Assembly: GCA_001782165.1 (NCBI GenBank)
Contig: MFNV01000007.1
Coordinates: 15,449-79,448 of the forward strand
DNA from: Candidatus Levybacteria bacterium RIFCSPHIGHO2_01_FULL_41_15
GTDB taxonomy: Bacteria; Patescibacteriota; Microgenomatia; Levybacterales; UBA12049
DNA: 64,000 bases
Reading direction: 5' to 3'
Positions 38,786 to 47,535 of this stretch are shown here, piece by piece; position 1 is the stretch's first letter, and every line of letters starts with the position of its first letter. The position numbers and the translations under genes are program-made. A model generated the notes under the pieces. The model was not told the origin of the DNA. It worked only from the letters and a program-made list of their open reading frames with translations, and did not search any database.

Positions 38786-39805
38786 TCAATAACCTAGAGT
38801 TTTAAATTTAGACACAATTTGGCTGATTTCAGCTTTGATGTTTTCATCTACCATAATTTTTGCAATTCCCTCTGCGGGCTGTCCGTAGAATATTAAACTT
38901 TCAAGCGGAAGGGATAGAACCAGAGGGACAACAGAAAGGTCTTCCTCTCCGTCAATTTTGATTATGGTTTTTTCATTAAACTCCAATGCTTCTGATACTG
39001 CTTTCCATAGCTTTGGAGCTAAAGTTCCAGGAGGGTTTTTGACTCTGAGAATTTTCTCACTGCCTGAAAATCCCAGTTCTTTGATGTTTGAAAATTTTTC
39101 TTTCCTTGCAACCTTGAAATCGACAACAGAAATATCTGGCTTAATATTAAATTTATTAAATATTTGCGAAGTCACATCTCCTACCGAAATTATTAAATCC
39201 CCTCTAAAAATTTTTATATTCCCAGGATCCTTTATAATTTCTCCCCATGGTTTTTGAAATGCTTCTCTTAAATTTTGGGGAAGATAAAGAGTTCTTCTTA
39301 ACCAAATTTTCTTAATATAGGGCTTGCCTTCTCTATCAATCTCTCCCACTCTAATTCTAAAAGAAGAGATAGGAATTCCGTCCTCTGCCAGAACAGGCTT
39401 AAGCTCTACTACCTCAAGTCTCGGCAGTCTTCTTTTTACCCTTTCTTCATTTATTTTTTCCGCGGCTTTTCTTGTAAAATTTGAAACGACAATAATATTA
39501 GCATTAAAATTTTTATCCAGTGTCGGTCCAAATATGTCATCAATTTTTACTATTTCAAACTTCCCTTTTGCATTTTTTTCTAAAAATCTTTTGACACTTT
39601 TCTTTCTAGTTGTAAATAATTCAATCGATTTTAAATTTTGAATTCCAATTTTGAATTTTTTAATGTACCCATCCGAAGTTACACCTACGATTAGTCTTTC
39701 TGAAATAGATAAGCCATACTCTAGAAATTTTTGGTGTCCCTTGTGGAAGTGATCAAATGTGCCTCCCAAGACCCCGATTCTAGTTTTTTTGAGGAAATAA
39801 ACCAT
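38786..39805 (-). CDS. putative bifunctional archaeal-type phosphopantetheine adenylyltransferase (N) / DUF359 GTP-dependent dephospho-CoA kinase-like (C)
   Basis: N-terminal cytidylyltransferase-superfamily motif GGTFDHFHKGH. The C-terminal about 170 aa carry DUF359-like conserved blocks (ISVGDVTS, EEDLSVVPLVL). Confidence 0.45.
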   Translation of the reverse strand: MVYFLKKTRIGVLGGTFDHFHKGHQKFLEYGLSISERLIVGVTSDGYIKKFKIGIQNLKSIELFTTRKKSVKRFLEKNAKGKFEIVKIDDIFGPTLDKNFNANIIVVSNFTRKAAEKINEERVKRRLPRLEVVELKPVLAEDGIPISSFRIRVGEIDREGKPYIKKIWLRRTLYLPQNLREAFQKPWGEIIKDPGNIKIFRGDLIISVGDVTSQIFNKFNIKPDISVVDFKVARKEKFSNIKELGFSGSEKILRVKNPPGTLAPKLWKAVSEALEFNEKTIIKIDGEEDLSVVPLVLSLPLESLIFYGQPAEGIAKIMVDENIKAEISQIVSKFKTLGY

Positions 39806-40658
39806 GTTTTATTAGTTTACCATTGTAAGTCAACATAGTTCTTGTTCTATAGTCTCTGGGATGGAATGCCAAAAAATGATCCCTTACGGTTTCGGTTGTT
39901 CTATTTCTTTTTATGAAAAAGGATTGAGGCCATTTAAAGATATTCTCCAAAACAGATACAGGAAGAGGTATTTTGGCTCGCCCTTCAAACTTTCTGTTTT
40001 TTACATCCTCAAGAATATTTGGCAAGTGTTTTTTAATCCACAGATTCGAATTTATAAATCTGCTGTATGTCTGCCCCCGCTCTATTATCGGCAACACTTG
40101 AGCTATCTCATGGGCGGTATATAAATCCTGCTTTGCTTTGGAAAACTTAAGAGAACTTTCATCAATTATCATATTCAGGCAAAACTTATTTTTTATATCT
40201 TTCCCTCCTCTTCTCCGGTGAACACCAAGAAACTTTAGTAGAAGAATTACAAAAAATCTTGAAGCCCAAACTGTATTTTTTCTGGCAATTATAAAAAGAT
40301 CAATATCATCATTTTTCGAAGCATTAAGCACAGAAAGACTTCCGCTTATTCCCACAAACAAGACTGTAGGAACCAGAAAAATTTTTTTAATTATTTTTTT
40401 TGCATATTCTATTTTTTGTAGGCTTTCTTTTTCCCTCTCTATTCTACGTATAACACTCTTTCTCTTCCCTTTAAGGAAGAGCATGTCTTTTTCGTGCTCA
40501 ACGACAGAATTTATTTCTTTGACTTTTTTTATAAAACTTTTCTTTTTGATTTTTTTGTCAGCATGGAGAAACTTCCAAATTTCCCCTTCTGAAAGCGGGT
40601 AATCAAATATATCACTATAAATAAGGGTCTCTAAAATGGCTTTTTTGCTACTGTCCAT
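39780..40658 (-). CDS. Pol-beta-superfamily nucleotidyltransferase-domain protein
   Basis: GISGS...DDIDLFI (GS-x9-DxD) motif with a further acidic residue in IIDES. Overlaps the upstream CoA-synthesis gene by 26 nt. Confidence 0.4.
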   Translation of the reverse strand: MDSSKKAILETLIYSDIFDYPLSEGEIWKFLHADKKIKKKSFIKKVKEINSVVEHEKDMLFLKGKRKSVIRRIEREKESLQKIEYAKKIIKKIFLVPTVLFVGISGSLSVLNASKNDDIDLFIIARKNTVWASRFFVILLLKFLGVHRRRGGKDIKNKFCLNMIIDESSLKFSKAKQDLYTAHEIAQVLPIIERGQTYSRFINSNLWIKKHLPNILEDVKNRKFEGRAKIPLPVSVLENIFKWPQSFFIKRNRTTETVRDHFLAFHPRDYRTRTMLTYNGKLIKHGLFPQKN

Positions 40659-42189
40659 ACTGGCTTAGTATTTGAGAAACTCCTTCAGAAAGAGTAGATA
40701 TAGCAGTCTCTGCCGATGTATTTTCTGAATTTATAGAACGGACTGCATTCCCCAAATATACATTCATCCTGGAATTAAGTCCATCATCATATGTATCTGA
40801 TGCAAAAAATGAGGAATCAGCCCTTTTTGCCTGAGAAACAAAGGGATACGCAACCGACCCCTTAAGTTTTCCCAAAAGATTAATTCTTGGGTATGGTTCT
40901 CCGAAGAGTCTTGTCTTTGATTCGATTGTAAATAATTTTTCCTGTGTCTCCTCTGATGTTAAAAATTTGAGGAAAAGGAAAGCCTCCTTCTGATATTTTG
41001 TCTTTGATGAAACACCCGAGGCCCAATAACTTGCAATAGTAATATCTCTGTTCTCTATTTTTGGGACGGGGTGAATGTCAAACTTAAAATCAGGATTAAT
41101 TGATTTTATTATAAAATAATCCCAAGAGTATCCAAAATACATTGCAAGTTCCCCTTTTGCGAAAGCAAGCATTGATTGCTCCAACGTACTATCCCAAACT
41201 TTTTGATCCCCTTTTGCAAAAGATGTATAAAACTCAAGAGCATCGCTTGCTTTTCTTGATGTTGAAGAAAGATTCCTTATATTTGCCCCGTTTTGGACAA
41301 AGAGCATGGAAATTATATCAGGAGCATGATTTATATTATCAAAAGTTCCAAGAGATGCTCCCGCAGTTTTAATTCTTCCTGCCTCATCCACAACAGTAAG
41401 CTGTCGCGAAATATTTATAAAATCCTGCCAGTTGTCAGGAACCTTTACTCCGGCCGACTCAAAAATTTCTCTATTGGTATAAAGAGAAAGAGTATCAATT
41501 TCCGTTGGAATTCCATAAATTGCTGCATTCTTCTCCAGGTCTTTTTTTGCAACAGGATAAAAAGAGGACTCAAAATCTTTTTTGGAAATAACATTGTCAG
41601 GAACAGGCAAAAGAACATCGGAAAACATAGGAAGCCACGTGTTATGGAATAGAAAAACATCAGGTCCTGTTCCATTTTGAATCCGTGTAGTCAGTTTTTC
41701 CCGATATTGTTTTATGTCTTGTTTTGTATAATTTACCTTTATGTTGGGATATTTTTTATTGAAGTCGTCAATAACAGGTTTTAAGATATTTTGATCCTCC
41801 CACAAGCCCCAATATGATATTTCAGCGTTTTTCTCTTTCCCTTTGCTAAGAAAGGGAACGACAACTCCAAAAAAAATAATTAAAACAAGAATGATAACAA
41901 TGGCCCCAACAGCTATTTTTATAATGGTGGGGAAAGAGGTGGAAAATCTTGACAGAGAACCTTCTTCAGGAGGCGGTGGGGGCGGTGAGGATGCCTCAGG
42001 GGCAGGGGATGGTGAGGATGAGGGCGGAAAAACAGGTTGAGAACTTGGCTGTTGAGAAGGGCTTTCCGGTGGAGGATTTCCTTGATTAGACAAGGGGGGA
42101 GACTGGGAAACAGCCTGGTCTTGGGACTGCGGATTCTGAAAAAGGGTATTCTCCTCCATATTTATAGTATAATACCAAAAAGAAACCAT
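40648..42189 (-). CDS. ABC transporter extracellular solute-binding protein (family 1), N-terminal Pro/Ser-rich linker and TM anchor
   Basis: SBP_bac_1-like length and motifs. The track ORF begins at a TTG; the first ATG is at 42189 and an alternative start is at 42159. No cognate permease is adjacent. Confidence 0.65.
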   Translation of the reverse strand: MVSFWYYTINMEENTLFQNPQSQDQAVSQSPPLSNQGNPPPESPSQQPSSQPVFPPSSSPSPAPEASSPPPPPPEEGSLSRFSTSFPTIIKIAVGAIVIILVLIIFFGVVVPFLSKGKEKNAEISYWGLWEDQNILKPVIDDFNKKYPNIKVNYTKQDIKQYREKLTTRIQNGTGPDVFLFHNTWLPMFSDVLLPVPDNVISKKDFESSFYPVAKKDLEKNAAIYGIPTEIDTLSLYTNREIFESAGVKVPDNWQDFINISRQLTVVDEAGRIKTAGASLGTFDNINHAPDIISMLFVQNGANIRNLSSTSRKASDALEFYTSFAKGDQKVWDSTLEQSMLAFAKGELAMYFGYSWDYFIIKSINPDFKFDIHPVPKIENRDITIASYWASGVSSKTKYQKEAFLFLKFLTSEETQEKLFTIESKTRLFGEPYPRINLLGKLKGSVAYPFVSQAKRADSSFFASDTYDDGLNSRMNVYLGNAVRSINSENTSAETAISTLSEGVSQILSQYGQ

Positions 42190-42194
42190 AAGCA

Positions 42195-43625
42195 ATGAAG
42201 CTTCCCAAAATTAAACCTAAGACCCTAAAAAAGATTACAAAAATAGGAAAAATAACATTTTGGTTCTCGGTAGGCGCTTTTATAGGCTTGTTTTTGTTTG
42301 TAAGCTTCACTTTTGTAATTTTTCAAACCCTTCATAAAGACGTTATATATCCTGGGATAATGGTAAACGGAATTGATTTTGGTGGAAAAAAAGAGGCCGA
42401 TGTAGAAAATTATTTTCTTAAGAAGAATGAAAAAATAAAAGATACAAAATTTACTTTCATAAGCTCTGAGGAGGTCGCCACAATTTCTGCAAAAGAACTT
42501 AACTTAGGATATAATGGAAAACTTTTGGGGAAACAAGCATTTAGCATAGGTCGCTCAGGCAGCACAATAACAAATATAAGCATAGTTTTCCAGGCTTTTT
42601 TATACGGAGTAAATCTTCCTGCTTCCTATCGATATTCGGAAGAAAAACTTCTAATCTTTCTTTCTCCTGTGATAGAAGCCGTTAAGAAAGATCCCATAGA
42701 TTCTTTGTTTACATTTACAAACGGGAGAGTTACCGAATTTAAACCCTCAAGGCAGGGGCAGAAGGTTGACATCGAGGAACTTAAAGGTCAAATAAATTCC
42801 AAAATTTTATCGGTTGTAAATTCTCAAAAGCCGCAGGAAATTACAATAAACATACCGATAAAAGTAATAGAGCCTAAAATAACCACCGAAAAGGCAAACA
42901 ATTTAGGGATCTCGGAACTTGTAGGACAGGGGTCTTCTCTTTTCCAGGGTTCAATTCAAGGAAGAATACATAATATAACTCTGGCTGCCGCAAGACTTAA
43001 TGGTCTTTTAGTCGCCCCTTCGGAAACTTTCTCATTCAATAAAGCCCTGGGTGATGTCTCTGCGTTCACGGGCTATCAGCAGGCATACATTATAAAAGAC
43101 GGAAAAACAATATTGGGTGACGGAGGAGGAGTTTGTCAAGTTTCAACAACTCTCTTCAGAGCCATCTTAAATGCAGGTCTTCCTGTAATCGAAAGGAATC
43201 CTCATTCTTATCGAGTAGGTTATTATGAGCAGGACTCTCCCCCGGGCCTGGATGCAACTGTTTATGCACCAAGCGTTGATCTAAAATTCAAAAATGACAC
43301 AGAAAATTATATTCTTATTCAAGCTTTCGTAAATCCAAATATTTTGGGTCTTACTTTTGAGCTTTATGGGACAAAAGATACAAGAGTGGTAACGTTGGGA
43401 AAACCCGTTATAACAAGTCGGACTCCTGCCCCTGCCGACTTATATCAAGATGACCCCACGCTTGCCAAAGGGCAGATAAAACAGGTTGATTTCTCAGCGC
43501 CCGGCGCACAGGTTTATTTTACAAGACAGGTAGTAAAAGATGGGAAAACAATAATATCCGATAAGTTCTCTTCCTCATATAGACCCTGGCAGGCAGTTTT
43601 CCTTCGCGGAACCAAAGAGAATTAA
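42195..43625 (+). CDS. VanW-family protein
   Basis: VanW core GGGVCQVSTTLFRAILNAGLPVIERNPHSY with an N-terminal TM anchor. Confidence 0.75.
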   Translation: MKLPKIKPKTLKKITKIGKITFWFSVGAFIGLFLFVSFTFVIFQTLHKDVIYPGIMVNGIDFGGKKEADVENYFLKKNEKIKDTKFTFISSEEVATISAKELNLGYNGKLLGKQAFSIGRSGSTITNISIVFQAFLYGVNLPASYRYSEEKLLIFLSPVIEAVKKDPIDSLFTFTNGRVTEFKPSRQGQKVDIEELKGQINSKILSVVNSQKPQEITINIPIKVIEPKITTEKANNLGISELVGQGSSLFQGSIQGRIHNITLAAARLNGLLVAPSETFSFNKALGDVSAFTGYQQAYIIKDGKTILGDGGGVCQVSTTLFRAILNAGLPVIERNPHSYRVGYYEQDSPPGLDATVYAPSVDLKFKNDTENYILIQAFVNPNILGLTFELYGTKDTRVVTLGKPVITSRTPAPADLYQDDPTLAKGQIKQVDFSAPGAQVYFTRQVVKDGKTIISDKFSSSYRPWQAVFLRGTKEN

Positions 43626-43694
43626 ACCAATTTGAAATTTAAAATTTGAAGTTTTCAATGAAAATTAAAAATTGAAAATTTAAAATTAACAGAT

Positions 43695-44162
43695 ATGATT
43701 GTTAAAGTAGCAGAAGCTATCAAAATTAGCAAAATACATAGAAACAAAGGTAAAAAGATCGTTTTGGCTGGTGGTTGTTTTGACATAATTCATTTAGGTC
43801 ATATTCGGTTTCTTAAAAATGCAAAAAAACTGGGGGGAGTTCTTTTTGTCCTTTTGGAAAGTGATGATACTGTAGGAAAACTTAAGGGAAGAAATCGACC
43901 GATAAATAATCAAAAAGAAAGAGCAGAGGTTCTATCTACGATTAAATACGTTGATTATGTGGTGCTCATAAAAAGAATGAAAACTGATAAAGAATATGAT
44001 AAACTTATAGCCTTACTTAAGCCTGATTTTTTGGCGGCAACAGAGGGTGATCCAGGAATCAGCCATAAAATGCGGCAGGCAAAACTTACAGAAGCAAAAG
44101 TAAGAACAGTAACAAGAAAATTGAAAAACAAATCAACAACTAGGCTAATCAAAAATTATTAA
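43695..44162 (+). CDS. cytidylyltransferase-like nucleotidyltransferase (RfaE domain II / TagD-like)
   Basis: GGCFDIIHLGHIRFL HxGH motif. Confidence 0.6.
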   Translation: MIVKVAEAIKISKIHRNKGKKIVLAGGCFDIIHLGHIRFLKNAKKLGGVLFVLLESDDTVGKLKGRNRPINNQKERAEVLSTIKYVDYVVLIKRMKTDKEYDKLIALLKPDFLAATEGDPGISHKMRQAKLTEAKVRTVTRKLKNKSTTRLIKNY

Positions 44163-44163
44163 T

Positions 44164-44601
44164 ATGATAAAGGTAGGTCTTGGGCTTTTAGCTATTCTTC
44201 TTACCGCATTTTTGGGAGCTGGTATTTGGTTTTCCAAAAAATCCCCCACCGCAACGATAAACAAACAGGTTTTCAAAATAGAAGTTGCAAGTTCCTCAAA
44301 GGACAAACAAATAGGACTTTCAAAATATTCAAAAATAAATAATGATTTTGCAATGCTATTCCCTTTTGAAAAGCCGGATTATTATTCTTTCTGGATGAAA
44401 GAAGTGCAATTTCCAATTGACATAATTTTTATAAAGGATAATAAAATAGTAACAATTTACCGAAATGTTCAGCCCTCCAAAAATAATCTTATTATCTATA
44501 AACCTAAAACTCCGTCAAATAAGGTTATTGAAATAAATGCAGGGCTTTCTCAAAAGTATAGTTTCAAAGAGGGTAACCAAATAGAACTTAAGAATATCTA
44601 A
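44164..44601 (+). CDS. DUF192-domain protein
   Basis: FAMLFPF...WMKEVQFPIDIIFI conserved blocks. N-terminal signal/TM. Confidence 0.55.
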   Translation: MIKVGLGLLAILLTAFLGAGIWFSKKSPTATINKQVFKIEVASSSKDKQIGLSKYSKINNDFAMLFPFEKPDYYSFWMKEVQFPIDIIFIKDNKIVTIYRNVQPSKNNLIIYKPKTPSNKVIEINAGLSQKYSFKEGNQIELKNI

Positions 44602-44602
44602 G

Positions 44603-45697
44603 ATGCTAATTCTGGGAATTGAGACTTCTTGCGATGAAACCGGAGCAGCATTAATAGAAGCTACTGATAAAAATAAAAAAGTAAAACTTATATCAAATAA
44701 GCTTGCTTCCTCTTTAAATCTTCATAAAAAAACCGGCGGAATAATTCCCGAAATTGCGGCAAGAGAACAAGTAAAATACATCATCCCCGTCATCAATAGA
44801 GCAATTGAACAATGTAACAATTTAACAATTGATGATGTTGACGCTATCGCAGTAACAATAGGCCCAGGCCTTATAGGATCTCTCTTGGTAGGGGTTGAAA
44901 CAGCAAGAACATTCTCTTACATTTGGAAAAAACCCATTATTCCTGTTAATCATCTTATCGGACACATATACGCCAATTTCATTAGCGAAATTCATAATTC
45001 AGAATTCATAATTCATAATTCTGCTGCCGATGTTCAGTTTCCAACCATAGCTTTAATTGTGTCTGGAGGCCATACAGATTTAGTCTTAATAAATAATCAC
45101 GGCAGCATTAAATGGCTTGGAGGGACGCGGGATGATGCGGCAGGTGAGGCGTTTGATAAGATAGGGAGACTTCTTGGACTTCCCTATCCCGGAGGGCCTT
45201 CAATTGAAAAAGAAGCGGCAAAAGGAGATCCAAAAAAGTTTAATTTCCCAAGACCTCTTATGTATAATCGAGATTTTTCCGCCAAAGGCGGACCAGCCTC
45301 TGGCTGGGATTTTTCTTTCTCGGGACTTAAGACTGCAGTATTTAGGGAGATATCAAGATATAAAGATATTAAGATATTAAGTGAACAGACAATTGCTGAC
45401 ATTTCTGCATCTTTGCAGGAAGCGATTGTAGATGTTTTAGTTTATAAAACTTTAAAAGCTGCGCAAAGATATAAAGTAAAATCTATTCTTTTAGGAGGTG
45501 GCGTCGCCGCAAACAGCAAATTGCGAGAGCAATTTGAATTGAAAATTGAAAATTTAGAATTGAAAATTCCGTTTTTCGTCCCCGAAAAACGGTTGTGTAC
45601 CGACAACGCCGCCATGATCGCCACCGCTGCATTTTACAATTATAAACCCATTCCCTGGAAAAAAATTACCGCGAATCCTGAGTTATACTTTTATTGA
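44603..45697 (+). CDS. tsaD: tRNA N6-adenosine threonylcarbamoyltransferase
   Basis: Kae1/TsaD motifs (ILGIETSCDETGAA, HLIGHIYA, SGGV). Carries a repeat-encoded insertion (EIHNSEFIIHNS). Confidence 0.85.
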   Translation: MLILGIETSCDETGAALIEATDKNKKVKLISNKLASSLNLHKKTGGIIPEIAAREQVKYIIPVINRAIEQCNNLTIDDVDAIAVTIGPGLIGSLLVGVETARTFSYIWKKPIIPVNHLIGHIYANFISEIHNSEFIIHNSAADVQFPTIALIVSGGHTDLVLINNHGSIKWLGGTRDDAAGEAFDKIGRLLGLPYPGGPSIEKEAAKGDPKKFNFPRPLMYNRDFSAKGGPASGWDFSFSGLKTAVFREISRYKDIKILSEQTIADISASLQEAIVDVLVYKTLKAAQRYKVKSILLGGGVAANSKLREQFELKIENLELKIPFFVPEKRLCTDNAAMIATAAFYNYKPIPWKKITANPELYFY

Positions 45698-45776
45698 AGA
45701 GAGTTTATCCTTTGAAGCTTTAGCGAAGGAGGACCAACCCCGAACTATACTTTTATTAAATATAAATAAATTTTTG

Positions 45777-45785
45777 TGGTAAAAT
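45777..45785 (+). promoter_or_regulatory. extended -10 element TGgTAAAAT, 6 nt upstream of the rmuC ATG (possible leaderless or short-leader transcript)
   Basis: Read directly. Confidence 0.25.
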
Positions 45786-45791
45786 AGGGAG

Positions 45792-46847
45792 ATGCCAAAC
45801 GAACTGTCCATAATTGCCGCTGTTGTTGTAGGCTTTGCAATTATTTTTTATTTTTTAAATAAAAAGTTTTCTGAACTTAAAAAACCGCAGGAAAACGAAA
45901 CTCTTTTGGAGTGGCTTAAAACAATGCAGTCTTCTTTGGAGTCCACAAATAAAACTTTAAACGAGGCTCTAACAAAAAGTTCCTCAAATATGGTTAAAAC
46001 TCTTCAGGAAAACTCAAAGCAATTGAACGAAAGATTGGATAAAGCAGCAGCTGTTATAAGAGACGTAGGAAAAGAGGTAGGACAAATGAGTGAAATAGGA
46101 AGAAACATGCAGGAACTTCAGGATTTTCTCAAAAGCCCAAAGCTTAGGGGAAATATCGGAGAGCAAGTTTTAAAAGACTTAATTTCACAGATGTTCCCTA
46201 GAAACAGTTTCCATCTTCAGTATCAATTTAGATCCGGCGAAAAAGTTGATGCGGCTATCAAAACAGATGCGGGAATTTTGTCTATAGATTCTAAATTCCC
46301 AATGGAAAATTTTCAGCGAATGGTAAAATCAAAAGACGAAAAACAAAAAGAGGAAGCCCAAAAAGAATTTGTAAGAGATGTTAAAAAACATATAGATGCA
46401 ATTTCTAAAAAGTATATCCTTCCCGATGAGGGAACTATGGATTTTGCTTTAATGTATGTACCAAGCGAGTCTGTTTTTTATGAGCTCATAAATATGTCTG
46501 ACATTATTGACTATGCAAGAAAATCAAGAGTTTATGTTGTTTCCCCGAATACTCTTTATGTACATCTTCAGACGATTCTTCTTTCTTTTGAAGGCAAAAA
46601 AATAGAGGCAAGATCCCGCCAGGTTTTAAGACTTCTTCGTGCGCTTCAGATTGACTATGATAAAGTACAGGAAAACATGGGAGTTTTGGGTAAACATATA
46701 AATAATGCATCTTCTCAATTTTCAAACGTGACGAGTGGCTTTTTGCAACTAGGAAATAAAATTCAGTCTGCCGGATCTCTGGAAGAAGGAACAGTAAGGA
46801 AATTAGATAAATTGACGAGCAAGGGAGGTGAGACACTAGATGAATAA
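45792..46847 (+). CDS. rmuC: DNA recombination protein RmuC
   Basis: N-terminal TM, long coiled coil, and C-terminal RmuC nuclease-like region (LMYVPSESVFYE). Confidence 0.75.
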   Translation: MPNELSIIAAVVVGFAIIFYFLNKKFSELKKPQENETLLEWLKTMQSSLESTNKTLNEALTKSSSNMVKTLQENSKQLNERLDKAAAVIRDVGKEVGQMSEIGRNMQELQDFLKSPKLRGNIGEQVLKDLISQMFPRNSFHLQYQFRSGEKVDAAIKTDAGILSIDSKFPMENFQRMVKSKDEKQKEEAQKEFVRDVKKHIDAISKKYILPDEGTMDFALMYVPSESVFYELINMSDIIDYARKSRVYVVSPNTLYVHLQTILLSFEGKKIEARSRQVLRLLRALQIDYDKVQENMGVLGKHINNASSQFSNVTSGFLQLGNKIQSAGSLEEGTVRKLDKLTSKGGETLDE

Positions 46848-47280
46848 CAAAACTTTGATAGGAATAATTGTAGTATTGGTTATAATAGGAGGAGCGTTAT
46901 TGTTTACTGGGAATAAATCAACTCAACCAACAGAGACAACTACCCAACAGGGAACTCCTGCGCAGAACACAACCAACCAAGGCACAACAGGAGGAATTGT
47001 TCCCAAGGAAACCATTACAAATGTGGCTGTAACAAGCTCTGGATTTGAACCTAAAACTGTAACTGTAAAGATTGGGACAAGGGTTATTTGGCTTAACAAT
47101 AGCGGTGCGGATGCTACTGTTAATTCCGCTGTTCATCCCACCCATCAAATCTATCCGCCTCTAAACCTTGGACAATTTCCTGATGGGTCGTCTGTTCAGT
47201 TGGTCTTTGACAAAGCCGGCACTTACAAATATCATGACCACCTTCATCCGGAAAGAACGGGAACAGTAGTTGTCCAGTAG
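46840..47280 (+). CDS. hypothetical membrane-anchored beta-sandwich (cupredoxin-like fold, no Cys ligand) protein
   Basis: TM helix, Thr/Gln-rich linker, about 90-aa beta-rich domain (TVKIGTRVIWLNNSG...GTYKYHDHLHPE). Confidence 0.4.
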   Translation: MNNKTLIGIIVVLVIIGGALLFTGNKSTQPTETTTQQGTPAQNTTNQGTTGGIVPKETITNVAVTSSGFEPKTVTVKIGTRVIWLNNSGADATVNSAVHPTHQIYPPLNLGQFPDGSSVQLVFDKAGTYKYHDHLHPERTGTVVVQ

Positions 47281-47319
47281 TTTTAAAATAACTGGCGAGA
47301 GTAAGGGGGTGATAATGGT

Positions 47320-47508
47320 ATGTGTTATAACTGCGGATGTGGTATGACCGACAATGATATGGGTAAAGGCAAACTTGCCCAAGGAGGCGGTTCTCTCACA
47401 GAGGATGACTTTAACCATATGGCAGAGAAATGGGACATGAGCGTTGAGGATGCTAAGAATAATACTTATCAGCTTCTTAAAAGACAGCTTGAGAAAGATA
47501 AAAGCTAG
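47320..47508 (+). CDS. small Cys-rich hypothetical protein (CxxCxC)
   Basis: 62 aa with a good RBS (AAGGGGGTGA, 11 nt upstream). No known domain. Confidence 0.35.
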   Translation: MCYNCGCGMTDNDMGKGKLAQGGGSLTEDDFNHMAEKWDMSVEDAKNNTYQLLKRQLEKDKS

Positions 47509-47535
47509 GCTCTGTGATAAAATACCTCGTAATAT

